From: Chiloscyllium plagiosum
Lineage: Eukaryota
Length of the DNA stretch: 64,000 bases
Direction: 5' to 3'
Assembly (NCBI RefSeq): GCF_004010195.1
Contig: NC_057756.1
Location: 4,855,211-4,919,210 of the forward strand
Shown here: positions 25,600 through 37,754 of the stretch, one piece after another
Numbering within the stretch: the first letter of the stretch is position 1
Layout: every line of letters begins with the position of its first letter
Made by a program: the position numbers and the translations under genes
Notes under the pieces: generated by a model
What the model saw: only the letters and a program-made list of their open reading frames with translations
What the model was told of the DNA's origin: nothing
Database searches by the model: none

Positions 25600-26290
25600 A
25601 ATTTCAGACTGAGCAGAAGCCCCATCACATGAGAGCAGCACCAGACCAAAGACCACTTTATTCTCAATGAGAAGTCAGTTGGCACCTGTCATGAGCTGAG
25701 GTGAAACTTAGAAGGAAGCCTGTAACATATGATATAAGGATGCAGATAGGCACTCAGGGTAAATATATTTTTAGGAAGGAATAATGTGATTCCTTGCAAT
25801 TTGTAATTATTATGCTAATATCGGCGATACTTTGACTTCTAAGGACATGTCATAGCATATGTCTTCCAAAATGGCAACGTTTTGAAGGATGCATTAGGTG
25901 AACATCATTCTGGACACCCACCAAGGAACAAGAGTGCCTTCTCATTCATCCAGGTTAAAACAAAAACACACTCTGAAAGCTAGCTGTGTCTCATTCTGAA
26001 CTTCACTGTTGTAACTCAAATATTCTCAACAGGGTCTTTCGCATTGGCAATGTCTATTCACAAAGGCTATCCACTTTCTCTCTGACTTGGCCATGGTGGA
26101 TCAAATGATGAAGGATATCCAAAAATGATGTGCTTCCACCAAATGAGTAAATTCATAGCCATCTAAAGGACTATGGGCACACTTAGATGAGTAAATTCAT
26201 TGATAGAATTTCTGAGTCCATTGTGGCTTTGACAAAACTGGCCAATCCATTGGAAAGTTATCTGCAAAACCTTTTGCCAATAATATGTGG
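25600..26290 (+). pseudogene. Two decayed V-like segments
   Basis: EQKPHHMRAAPDQ..VMS*..CNL.INYANIGDT. Second: donor at ~25954, acceptor ctcaacag| (26032), GSFA..GYPKMMCFHQ..KFIDRIS. Confidence 0.45.
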
Positions 26291-26354
26291 GAAGTAATAC
26301 ATGGCTCCAGGTCAAACAATGTCATGGTTTTAAAATTTTCATTCTTCTTTTAAA

Positions 26355-26750
26355 TCCCTCCATCCCTACATCCCTCCCTATCTCTGTAATCTCTACTAGC
26401 CCCCATACCCCTCCCAATCTCTGTAACCTCCTCCAGCCCCTACTCCCCTCCCAATCTCTGTAACCTCCTCCAGTCCACAAAACCTTGCCCATGTCCGTAA
26501 CTACCTCAAGCCTGTGCTACTTTCTCCATCTATGTAACGTCCTTGAGCCTCTATCTCTAATTTGTTTCACAACACTGCCAAAACACACCCTATGTCTGTA
26601 ATCTCCTCCAGAATCTACAACTGTGTCTATCTCTGCACAATCCTTCAAATCTTCAAAACACTCCATTGCTGTGCCCCCCTACAATTCCCAAAACTTTCCC
26701 TGTGTTTATAAACAACTCATACCCAACCACTCTCCCTGTCTCAATATTCT
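26355..26750 (+). repeat. Degenerate ~36-bp tandem repeat (ccctccctatctctgtaacctcctccagcccctac)
   Basis: Visible tandem units. Confidence 0.7.
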
Positions 26751-26764
26751 TGAACTGACTTCTC

Positions 26765-27545
26765 AATGGGCACCACATTGTCAGAGGGCCAGTGCTGAGG
26801 GAAGTCAGCACTGTCAGAGGGTCAGTACTGAGACAGTTCTGCAGTGTCAAGGGTTCTGTGTTCTGAGTGAGTGCTGCACTGTGAGAGGGTCAGTACAGCG
26901 GGAGTTCTGCACTATCATAATGCTGCACTGTCAGAAGGTCAGTGCTGAGGGAGTGCCGCACTGTCATTTGTCAGGACTGAGGGAGTGCTGCACTGCTAAG
27001 GGTCAGTACTGAGGGAGTGCCGCATTGTTGGAGGGTCAGTGCTGAGGAAGTGCTGCACTGTCGGAGGGTTAGTGCTGAGGGAGTGCCGCACTGTTGGAGG
27101 GTCAGTGCTAAGGGAGTGCCGCACTGTTGGAGGGTCAGTGCTGAGGGAATGCTGCACTGTCGGAGGGTGAGTGCTAAGGGAGTGCCACACTGTCTGAGGG
27201 TCAGTGCTGAGAGAGTGCCGCACTGTCGGAGTGTCAGTGCTGAGGGAGTGCCGCACTGTCGAAGGGTCAGTGCTGAGAGAGTGCCGCACAGTTGGACGGT
27301 CAGTGCTGAGAGAGTGCCGCACAGATGGAGGGTCAGTGCTAAGGGAGTGCAGCACTGTCAGAGGGTCAGTGCTGAGGGAGAACTGCACTGTCGGAGGGTC
27401 AGTGCTGAGGGAGTGCCGCACTGTGGGAGGGTCAGTGCTGAGGGAGTGCTGCACTGTCGGAGGGTCAGTGCTGAGGGAGCGCCGCACTGTCAGAGGGTCA
27501 GTGCTGAGGGAGCGCCGCACTGTCAGAGGGTCAGTGCTGAGGGAA
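26765..27545 (+). repeat. 33-bp minisatellite (gagggtcagtgctgagggagtgccgcactgtcg)n
   Basis: Direct tandem units; homogeneous at the right end, degenerate at the left. Confidence 0.95.
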
Positions 27546-27627
27546 CTGTTGCTGGCTTAGTCCAAAAGGCGCAGGCGGGACTGGAAACTTAGAACGCTTG
27601 CGGAATCATTGAGTCTTGTGAAAGAAA

Positions 27628-28112
27628 TTGCAATCCTGCTTCACCTTTCTCCGACCTGCTCCTTTCATTCTACGTAACCTCGCGTGCCAACTCTCCAGCC
27701 TGAAATGATTTAACCTCTGTGTCAATACATCTCGCTATTACTCATATTGTTATCTGTGCGTTTCGAGCGTTCCAGTGTCTGCAACCAATGCAGACGTCTC
27801 AAACAATCGGTCATATCTGCAGATTGGAGCAATGCAGTTTGGAGCAATGCAGTTTGTCCCAGGCTCACGACTTCTTAAAAAGAGCAACTCGGAGGGCCGT
27901 GTCCAGAAACGCTGAACTGGGTGCTTGATTTCCGACGGCCGTTTTCAGAGCCCGGCTTTCCTTGAGGATTTCTGGGAAAGCTTAGACGAGTCAAGTCTTG
28001 GCAGATTGAGAACTCTCTGGATCAGGCGCGTTTTGGCTTTCCCAAAGGTCAGACTATATTTCTTCATTCACGGGTGAGTGAAATATTTACTCGGGACGGG
28101 ATGTTGAAAACT
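27628..28112 (+). pseudogene. Decayed leader-intron-V-23RSS unit (V-delta/gamma-like)
   Basis: Leader LQSCFTFLRPAPFIL + phase-1 gtaac (27674); LQPMQTSQTIGH..RLEQCSL; PETLNWVL..EPGFP*GFLGKL; TLWIRRVLA...LYF(F); AGTG + exactly 23 nt (28081-28103) + TTGAAAACT. Confidence 0.65.
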
Positions 28113-29489
28113 CCATGATTTTTGTTTTTAATTCGAGAAACAAATTAGACTATCTAGATTAATTTTTGCAATAAAATTCAAAGGTATTTAATTCGGGGAC
28201 AAACACCTTCCAGTTACTCAGATGTGGAGGTGTTGAACTGGGGTGGACAACGTGAAAACAAAAATCGCCAGGTTATAGTCTGACAGGTTTATTTGAATCA
28301 CTGAGGGACAGGAAATCTAAGATGTTTATATAATCCCCACAATAGGAAAAGAGGCCATTTGGCCCATCCAGTCTACACCAATACTCTGGAAACCATCCCA
28401 CCCAAACATTAAAAAAACCACAGCTGAGCCATCTCATCTACAGGGCAACCTTTAAGCATGGCCTAGCCACCTCATCTTTGGATTGCAGAAGGAAACCAGG
28501 GCATGAAGGGCTTTTGCCCGAAACGTCGATTTTCCTGCTCCTCGGATGCTGCCTGAACTGCTGTGCCTTTCCAGCACCACTCTAATCTAGAATCTGGTTC
28601 CCAGCATCTGCAGTCATTGTTTTTACCCGTCCAGACGAGACCCATGCAGAGTCTGCAAACTCCACACAGACAGCCCTCCAAGGCTGGAATCGAACCTGGG
28701 TTGTTGGTGCTGTGCTAACCACTGTGCTACCCACATACTCCTGTATTGCTTAATAATTAACCCCTACGTTCATGAATTATGTCATTTAAAATACCAGATA
28801 GGTATTTGATCTTTGCTGCCACTTCACAAGTAGGAACAGCGTTTATTGTCCACCCACAATTGTCTTTGAATTAAGTGTCTTTTTCAGGCCACTGCAGAGG
28901 GTAGTTAGGAGTCTTATATGTTAATAGTGGGGATCTGGAGTCAAGATGCAGGGTCACACCAGGTGAAGATGCAGATTTCCTTTCGTAAAGGACATGAGGT
29001 GAACCAAAAAGCCAGTTGGGGATTTTTTGCAGCTATTATTAATAACTGAGTGGCTACTATCATCGAGACTAACTTCCATTCTCAGAATCATGAAATGAGA
29101 TGAATTTCCATCAGCAGCCAAGCGGGTTTTGACCTAGTTCTCCACAACATTAGTTAGCCCCAAGATGGTGTCATAGCAATGCAGCTCTTTGATAGCTGTC
29201 TTCAGCAGATCATCTCCTTACAGCTATTATAATGCTTCTACAATTTTAAATCTTTAGCTGTAACACTATATTCTGCAGCTGTTCTATTACCCCGATGTAC
29301 TTATGTCAGGTATGAGTTGTCTGGATAGCACACAAAATAATAATTTCCACTGTATCTCATGACAATAAGAAATCAAACCACAAGATAAATCAAATTATAG
29401 CAAACGTGGGCTTCTGGATTAATAGTCCACTGATATTACCACAATGCCATTTCTTACATTCCACTTACATTTGTAAGTGCTAAGAAATA

Positions 29490-29730
29490 ACATCTGAACT
29501 ATCTGTGAAAGCTATAGCTTGAGATTTATTATTCTAACTTGTTCACCTCAATTGTATATCATTGTTATTACTTTGAATCCAAAGTGAAAATAATGTTGAT
29601 GTCCCCTTTGTGCTCTAATGTTGAAGTGCGTTATGTTGGATTAAGTCTACGTTTGAGTTTTTTATGTTAACCCTGATGCTATCATTTCTTTCGGTTTCTG
29701 ACACGGGTTCCAACTGCTTCAGTTTTGGAA
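29490..29730 (+). pseudogene. Decayed V segment
   Basis: ELSVKA..IILTCS..YI..Y; FR3 MLTLMLSFLSVSDTGSNC in one frame from 29664. Confidence 0.55.
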
Positions 29731-31264
29731 GATTTAGCGCTCTGTGTTGTGTTTGGCTGTAGATCCCAGGTTAGTGTTTTATTTCTTCAATCCAGGGACT
29801 CCTTGAAGGCATAACCTTCAGTTCCACAACTCTCCATTCCTCGAATTCTGACTTGTTGTGCATTCTCTGATTTCCAACACTCCACCATTTCTGACCGGGC
29901 TTTTAGGTCATGGCATTTGGAGTTATTAACCTTTTCTCTCTCTTTCCTTGTTTGGAGCTTTATTTTAATCCTACTGTTTTGACCAACCTTATGGACACAC
30001 GTTGGCCTTCCTTGTCTGGCTCAGTGTCAAATTTAATTTTGTTAATTTTCCAGTAAAGACAATAGGGACATTTTCCCTCATTAAAGTTGTTTAATATGAT
30101 TACACTACACAATTTCTTAACATATGATTTTAAGCTTAACTTACTTTCAAATACTTTATTCTTAATACTATTCAGAATCAAAGCTTTCCAGAGGTGAAAG
30201 GCTTTGGTTCATGTGGAGGGACAGGAGAATCTGGGATTGGTCTCTTGAAACCAGAGAAGGGGAGAGGAGAATGTCAGGGGCCTGAAAGGATCTTGATAGC
30301 CTTATTCAGGAGAAACTGTCTCCAAAGTCTGGAGGTTTATTGACCAGAGGGATGCAGATTAAAGGGAAGCAACAAAAAGCCAGTTAGTGATTTTTAGAGG
30401 TTTACAGCACAGAAAAGGGCCCTTCTGCCCATCGAGTCTGCACTGATCAAAAACAGCCAGTGAGCAAGATAAAGAGATATCTTTTTACACAAACAGTAGT
30501 TGTGCTCTACAATGCGTTATCCAAAATGTCAATGAAATGAATTTAACATTACTTAATTAATATCAGTGATTATCAAACTATATTTCAGAGCAAACTTTGA
30601 CAAGAGTGAGGTTTAAAAGGGGGAATGGGACTAATTAGCACTTCCAAGGAGTCAGCACAGAATGGCCCCCATCTCCATTATCTTAAAGATTGACAAACAG
30701 TAAAAAATCACTCGGCATATAATTTCTTTATTTCTGATTTTGTGTAGAAATGCTGAATTCAAAACTAAGCCAGTGTAGTTTTCAATATTTACATGTGCTT
30801 TTTCCGTCAATTTACAGCACATCTTGATTGTTTCTTAGTCTGTTTTATCGTGTATTGATTTCATGAGTGTGGCACTTTATTGTTGGTTCGGCATCAGATT
30901 CATGCCTGTTTCTGGGTGAAAAATATTTGCTCCTGTGTGCATTTCCTGTGCGGTAATTAATTGTAGGTTTATGCATCGAGTGCATTTTCTTTCTTATCTT
31001 TGCATAGCTAGTGTCTGCCATGTTTATTATTATTTTGTTTCTGTTTTTTCTGTCACAAAAATAAAATGGCACTATTGGAGGTCATTTGGCCCTTTGCATA
31101 CCTGACCACTGTCTGAGAGTGACATCCATTTAATGCCCCTACCCTACTCTTTCCCCAAAGCCTGCAAACTTACTTCATCAATTTTTTTAAATACAATTTC
31201 CCTTTCAGAAACATACAGCAAACTCAGCTCCCACAGATATTTCAGGCAGCACGTACTGCATGAA

Positions 31265-31420
31265 GATGACATTGCATTATAGCTGGAGATCTCTAATGAT
31301 ATTTGGCGTGCATTAATACTATATTTGGTGATGGTAGGGTGGCTAATATTAAGCCGAGAGTGTTTCATCTTAAATCCAGAATCTTTACAGGAATGGGGGA
31401 CTGTGATTACTTGGAAAGGC
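31265..31420 (+). pseudogene. Decayed V-alpha-like FR3 remnant
   Basis: YSW..FGDGRVANIKPRVFHLK.ESLQE; same FHL.K.SLQ type as 1131-1185. Confidence 0.4.
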
Positions 31421-31771
31421 AGGAGGTGTTGGGAGTATGCTACTTAAAATGGAGAGGGTTAGGAGAGCAAGTAATCAGAAAGGTTAATGAATCTATCTCT
31501 TCTCCCTATCTCTTTCTGTTACTTTATCACCCTCGCTCTCACCAACCCGCACCTCTCTTTCTCTCTCTGATTCTCATCACCTAGTTCCTCTCTGTCACTC
31601 TCTCCCAGTGTAAGTTTGTGCGTGTGTGGTTGTTTGAGTATGTGTGTGTGTGCACTTGTCTGTGTGCTTGTGTGTATGTGAGTGTGTGTCTGTGTGTGTG
31701 TGAGAGAGAGAGTGTGTGTGTGTGTGTGTGTGTGCCTTCCACACTATCTTTCCTATCTCTTCCTCCTTTCC

Positions 31772-31940
31772 CTTCTGCAAGGAGACCAGGAAAGGACGGA
31801 AAACAAGAAGTATGCACACCAGACAGCACAAGTTAATAATCACCATGGACCTGACTGTAATTCGCTTTGGAAACTTGATTTTAAGATTTGTGAAAAGTGA
31901 AGTTAACAGTTTCACCAGGTTGTTTAATACAAAAAGCCAT
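31772..31940 (+). pseudogene. V FR3-like remnant; inverted paralog at ~38400-38520
   Basis: TRQHKLIIT.DL versus NRQ*MLTITSLIYFAM on the minus strand at 38.45 kb; inverted DNA homology includes the flanking CT/GT-rich tract. Confidence 0.45.
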
Positions 31941-33487
31941 GGAGTGCTTCAGTTGTATTCTGAGCAGGACAGATGTATTTCAAGGTGTTGGAATATAAGA
32001 GGAGAGACGTCTTACTGCAACCATACAAGGTGTTGGTAAGGCCACATCTGAAGCACTGTGGGCAGTTTTGATCCCTTTATTTAAGGAAAGATATCATTTC
32101 ATTACAGGCAGTTCAGAGAAGGTTCCCGAGGATGATTCCCAATATGGAGGGATTGTTTCATGAGCAAAAGCTGAACAGGCTGGGATGGTATTCACTTGAG
32201 TTTAGACAAAAGAGAGGTGATCTCTTTGAAACATTTGGAATCCTTGCTGGGGAGGGGGTGGGGGGTGTGGGGGCAGCATGACAGTGGAAAAGCTGATCCC
32301 TCATGGGAGACTCTAGGTTTCAGAAAAAAGGGATGATAATTTAATGAGAAGGAACTTCCTCTCTCAGAGGACTGAGAGTCTTTGGAACTCTTTGCCACAG
32401 AGAGGTGTGTGGTATTAGGGTCCTTGTGTATATGTAGCACTGAGATAGATAGACTGTTGATCGGTACAGGAATCAAGGGTTACAGAAAAGGTGGGTGTGA
32501 GGTTTGTGGTAATACCAAGATCCTATTAAATGGTAGAGCAGACTTGAGGGGCCGGATGTATTATCCCTGTTTCTTATGGTCCTATGAAGAGATATGTTCA
32601 AAACATTGATGGAACAAACCAGGATGAACAGTTTCCCATGGCAGTAACAAAAGAACAGATAAATGAGATAATTTGTAAAAGTATACAATAGGGGTCAGGG
32701 GGATGTGGAAAGCTGTCAGTTCTGCTGTAACTTATTGTGATGGGGACTGTACTGCTCAGACAGACAATAGAAGCAGCTTTCATAGGAATGGAGATGGAAG
32801 TGGGGTTCAGAAAGAGAGATGGAGGCACTCAAAAGGCATGAGATGATTGTTTCAGTAGAAAAATGTAAAGTGCAGGCTTCCAGAGAAATGGCAAGAGGTT
32901 GGAACTAAATTAACACCCTCAGAGAATCGATGAGCCAAATGGCCTCCATGTGCACAGTAATGATTCTACACTTGATAGAGCCAGGGAATTGAGAGACACA
33001 GGGGAAATTCGATGTTCTCTCATCTGATTGTTGGGTCAGAGTGTCACTAGATATTCCAGCACTTAATGCCCTTAACTACTTAGGAGAATTGGGTTTAAAG
33101 CTAATTCCTTGAATTTTTGCAGTCCAAATGCTGTAGATTCACCCACAGCACAATTTCACAGAGAGTTCCTGGATTTTTTTTCAGTGAAAGAATGATGATA
33201 TAATTCCAAGTTAGGATGGTCTGTGTCTTGGAAGGAACTTGCAGCTGACACTGGTCCCACACATCTTGTCCTTCTAGGAGCTGGACGGTAATGCATTGCG
33301 TCAGTGTGGGTGGGATTAGATACTTAAGAGCTGTTAGATGAGCCACCAAGCAAGTGACTACTTTCTACTTGAAGGTAACTTCATGTTGTTGAAGTTGTAC
33401 TTATTCAAGCCAGTAGTGATAATAAGGTAGAAAGTGATAGATAGGGAGAATGAAAGAGAGTTGGGGGGTTGGGGGGTGGGGTTGAGA

Positions 33488-34363
33488 NNNNNNNNNNNNN
33501 NNNNNNNNNNNNNNNNNNNNNNNNNNNNNNNNNNNNNNNNNNNNNNNNNNNNNNNNNNNNNNNNNNNNNNNNNNNNNNNNNNNNNNNNNNNNNNNNNNNN
33601 NNNNNNNNNNNNNNNNNNNNNNNNNNNNNNNNNNNNNNNNNNNNNNNNNNNNNNNNNNNNNNNNNNNNNNNNNNNNNNNNNNNNNNNNNNNNNNNNNNNN
33701 NNNNNNNNNNNNNNNNNNNNNNNNNNNNNNNNNNNNNNNNNNNNNNNNNNNNNNNNNNNNNNNNNNNNNNNNNNNNNNNNNNNNNNNNNNNNNNNNNNNN
33801 NNNNNNNNNNNNNNNNNNNNNNNNNNNNNNNNNNNNNNNNNNNNNNNNNNNNNNNNNNNNNNNNNNNNNNNNNNNNNNNNNNNNNNNNNNNNNNNNNNNN
33901 NNNNNNNNNNNNNNNNNNNNNNNNNNNNNNNNNNNNNNNNNNNNNNNNNNNNNNNNNNNNNNNNNNNNNNNNNNNNNNNNNNNNNNNNNNNNNNNNNNNN
34001 NNNNNNNNNNNNNNNNNNNNNNNNNNNNNNNNNNNNNNNNNNNNNNNNNNNNNNNNNNNNNNNNNNNNNNNNNNNNNNNNNNNNNNNNNNNNNNNNNNNN
34101 NNNNNNNNNNNNNNNNNNNNNNNNNNNNNNNNNNNNNNNNNNNNNNNNNNNNNNNNNNNNNNNNNNNNNNNNNNNNNNNNNNNNNNNNNNNNNNNNNNNN
34201 NNNNNNNNNNNNNNNNNNNNNNNNNNNNNNNNNNNNNNNNNNNNNNNNNNNNNNNNNNNNNNNNNNNNNNNNNNNNNNNNNNNNNNNNNNNNNNNNNNNN
34301 NNNNNNNNNNNNNNNNNNNNNNNNNNNNNNNNNNNNNNNNNNNNNNNNNNNNNNNNNNNNNNN
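33488..34363. other. Assembly gap (others at 16287-16662 and 25127-25596)
   Basis: Runs of N. Confidence 1.
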
Positions 34364-34739
34364 TGCTAAATTGCCCGTAGTGTTAGGTGAAGGGGTAAAT
34401 GTAAGGGAATGGGTCTGGGTGGGTTGCGCTTCGGAGGGTCGGTGTGGACTTGTTGGGCCGAAGGGCCTGCTTCCACACTGTAATTAATCAAATCTAATTA
34501 TTAAACTATATTTTTCTAATGAACCGGGGACATTATTACACATCACTGGAGCATGGGGACTTGAGTTGAGCCACCCGGTCCAGGGCTCGGGGTACAATGA
34601 GTGTGCCACAAGAAGACCCATTTCTAATTGTTTTCTTTTTAATCCTTGTTTTTTTTTTCTGGCGGAGCTCTGTTCTGCAACAGAGTCGCTGGTGAGCAAA
34701 ACGAGAATAATAAAAGTTGTGGGTAGGTTGGAGGAGAAG

Positions 34740-34939
34740 GTGGGTGCCGGTGAGTGGTGGACTGGTAACGGTCAGGAAGTGAGATCTGAGCGAGATATCT
34801 TCTTTCGGTAACCAATCACCCTGGGTGAGGGTGACAAACAATTCTGACAAACGCAAGGGGTGTGGAGGGGGGTGGGGGGGGGGGGAGAGAGTTGGTGCAG
34901 AGAGAAGGCACAGCCCATTAAAGACGCCAAGAGCTGACC
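34740..34939 (+). promoter_or_regulatory. Putative GPR15 proximal promoter / 5' UTR at the edge of a CpG-rich island
   Basis: ETS core CAGGAAGT (~34774), CCAATCA (~34812) and a G-rich tract directly upstream of the ATG. An upstream non-coding exon cannot be excluded (gap at 33488-34363). Confidence 0.35.
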
Positions 34940-36055
34940 ATGGAGAACGTGACGGATTACCGTTACGATCCGGATTACTACGAGCCTTACCCCACCGGGA
35001 TAGAGGAATGCGAGGGCGCTTCCCTTCCCCGGGCTGAGAGCTTCCTGGCTGCCGTCTATTGCGTGATCTTCGCCGCCGGCTTCCTGGGCAACGGGCTGCT
35101 CCTCTCCTCCCTGGGCTTCAAGTGTCGCCTCAAGCGGCAGGTGGACGTCTTCATCTGGAACCTGGCGCTGGCCGATCTGGTCTTCCTGGTCACCTTGCCC
35201 CTCTGGGTGGACGCGGAGGCCGGGGGCAAGAGGTGGAGGAGCGGGCTCGCCCTCTGCCGGCTCAGCGGCTACGCGGTGGCGGTGAACGCTTACTCCAGCG
35301 TGCTGTTCCTCAGCTGCATGAGCCTGGACCGTTACCTGGCCATCGTGTACCCACTGCGGGCCCGCAGGTTCCGCTCCAAAGCCTACGCGGCGCTGGCCTG
35401 CCTCTCGGTGTGGCTCACCTCGCTCCTGTTGGGGCTGCCCGTCCTTCGCAACCGAGTCCTTCACCTCCGAGAGGAGGGGTCGTACTGCGGCGAGGACCCG
35501 GCCCTCGTCACTCCCGGGGTCTCCCTGGCCTACCTGCTGTTCACCTTCCTGCTGCCCATGCTCGTCATCCTGATCTGCTACTGTTCCATCACCAGGAAGT
35601 TGTGCCTGCAGTACAGGAGGGGCAAGAGGCAGGACGTCAAGCTGAGGAAGTCGCTGCGGGTGGTCTTCATGGTGGTCCTGGTTTTCCTGGTCTCCTGGCT
35701 GCCCTTCAACGTGTTCCGCTGCCTGGCCTTGATCCACCGCTGGGGGGCGCCTTTTGAGTCGTGCGGCTTCCAGACGGTGGTGGGACTGGGGCAGGAAGCC
35801 AGCGCCCCCTTGGCTTTCGCCAATAGCTGCGTCAACCCGTTCATCTACTGGGTGTGCGACAGCTCCATCCGGAAAGCCTTGCTGAGGCTCCTCCTGCCCT
35901 GCCTCAAGCCCTTCCACCTCAGCCGCCTCTCCATCGCCTCGGAAAGCCAGCCCAGCCGATCCAGCAGCGTCACCACCGACCACTCCAATCAAAGGGCCAG
36001 GTCGGCCCCAGCCGTGGTTCAGCTCGCCACTTGGGCTACCCACGTCGAACCTTGA
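34940..36055 (+). CDS. GPR15: G protein-coupled receptor 15 (class A chemoattractant-type GPCR), intact single coding exon, 371 aa
   Basis: Strong Kozak (gaccATGG). Seven hydrophobic segments with GN (TM1), NLALAD (TM2), DRY, CY (TM5), SWLPFN (TM6) and NSCVNPFIY (TM7). Stretches that match human GPR15 as I recall it: FLVTLPLWVD, LLGLP, CYCxIxRKLC, PLAFANSCVNPFIY, PCLK. Tyr/acidic N-terminus. Confidence 0.93.
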   Translation: MENVTDYRYDPDYYEPYPTGIEECEGASLPRAESFLAAVYCVIFAAGFLGNGLLLSSLGFKCRLKRQVDVFIWNLALADLVFLVTLPLWVDAEAGGKRWRSGLALCRLSGYAVAVNAYSSVLFLSCMSLDRYLAIVYPLRARRFRSKAYAALACLSVWLTSLLLGLPVLRNRVLHLREEGSYCGEDPALVTPGVSLAYLLFTFLLPMLVILICYCSITRKLCLQYRRGKRQDVKLRKSLRVVFMVVLVFLVSWLPFNVFRCLALIHRWGAPFESCGFQTVVGLGQEASAPLAFANSCVNPFIYWVCDSSIRKALLRLLLPCLKPFHLSRLSIASESQPSRSSSVTTDHSNQRARSAPAVVQLATWATHVEP

Positions 36056-37754
36056 GACCCACGTCGAACCTTGGGACCCGCTGCCACGGGGGAAGGGAGG
36101 GGGGAAAGGGGGTTGTTATGGGCTGAGGCGATGGGGTTATGGGTTGGCTTTGAGCTGTGCATTGGGAAAGTCCCGAGGTGGGGTGGGGATGGCATAGGTT
36201 TAAGGTGAGAGGGGGAAAGGGGCCAGGTTTTCACAAGGAGGGTCGTGCAAGTTTGACCTGAGGTGCCAGAGGGAGTAGTGGACGCTGGTACAACTTTTTG
36301 TGTCTTTAGAATTCCTACAGTGTAGAACCGGGCCCAATAAGTCCACACCGACCGTCCAGAGAGTATTCCACCCAAACCCATTCCCCATTAATGTTCATTT
36401 ACCCCTGACTAATGCACCTCACCTACAGATCCCCGAACACTTTGGGCAATTTAGCACGGCCAATTCACCCTAACCTGCAGATCTTTGTGACTGTGAGAGG
36501 AAACCGGAGCAAACCCATGCAGACAGGGTGAGAATGTGCAAACTCCACACAGTCACCCCAGGCTGGAATCGAACCCAGGTGTGTGAGGCAGCAGTGCTAA
36601 CCACTGAGCCACCCCATTCACAGGCTGAGGGTGTAGCTAGGACGCATTTATTATCCATCCCTAATTTCCCTCAGGGCAGTGGTCTGGAGTCACATGTAGG
36701 CCAAACCAGATAAGGACATTACTGAACCAGATGTTCTCCCCCTCCCCTCCCCTCCCCTCCCTTAAATACTTCATTTCAGATTTATTTTAATTAAATTCCG
36801 CCATCTGCCACGGTGGGATTCGAACCTGGCTCTACATCACATTATCTGGGGCGCTGGATTAACAACAGCTCAGGTGCAATACCACCAGGCCATCTCCTCT
36901 CCGTTTGCAACACTTAAAAGGCATCTGGATGGGTATATGAACAGGGAGATTGACCAAATGCGGGCAAGTGGGGGCAGATTAATTTAGGATATCTGGCCAG
37001 CATGGACGAGTTGGACCGAAGGGTCTGTTTCTGTGCTGTACACCTCTTTGACTCTTGCTGGGAAGGGATTTGAGGTAATCCAAATGGAGCTCGGATCGTT
37101 TTTTTTTGAGAAAGGCTGAGACTTTCGATGTTTGTGTTTTGTCCGTATCAAAGGAGGTTCATTAGGGATCTCTGTTGGGAGAATATCGAGTTTACTGCCT
37201 CTGTAGAGTATGTGTGCATTTAATTCTATCATAGGATGTAAGCATTTACTACCCATCCCCAATTGCCCAGAAGGTAGTTGGGAGTCAACCTTATTGTTAT
37301 GGGTCTAGAATCGCGTGTAGGGCCAGCCCAGTTAGGGATGGCAGAGTTTCTTCCAGGGCATCAGTAAACCCAATGGGCCAGTTAACACAACCAACAATGC
37401 CAATGCTGGCCTTTGATGACAGAATTGTCGTTCCTCTTGAGTTCAACTTTCAATAGTTACCTGGGTGGGTGGGATTTGAACTTGTGTCCGCCAGAACATT
37501 GACCTGGGGGTTCTCAGTGACTGTTTCGTCCCAAAGCCTTGTTCCTCCAGCCTTCCAAGACAGCTGTCCTCATTACTTTGACCTGCTCCAAAGGACAGAT
37601 GGTCTTACTGCAAAACCCAGTGGGATTTGTGTGAAAAGGGGACATGGAGAGAGGGGCACTCCCAGCAAAGCTGAAGGACCTGAGACTTATCTTCCACCTT
37701 ATAACATGAAGATGGCACATTACCCCAGAGATGGACAGATCTCTGCTTGTTGGA

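Noticed and set aside
26996..27592. Repetitive ORFs (HCRRVSAEGVP / HSLSTDPPTV), also at 44851-46351, superficially zinc-finger-like
   Set aside because: Translations of a 33-bp minisatellite that is open in several frames.
16185..34380. Long X-containing ORFs in the track
   Set aside because: Artefacts of N gaps.
34772..36043. 423-aa antisense ORF and 232-aa alternative-frame ORF over GPR15
   Set aside because: Expected shadow of very GC-rich third codon positions; no recognisable domain.
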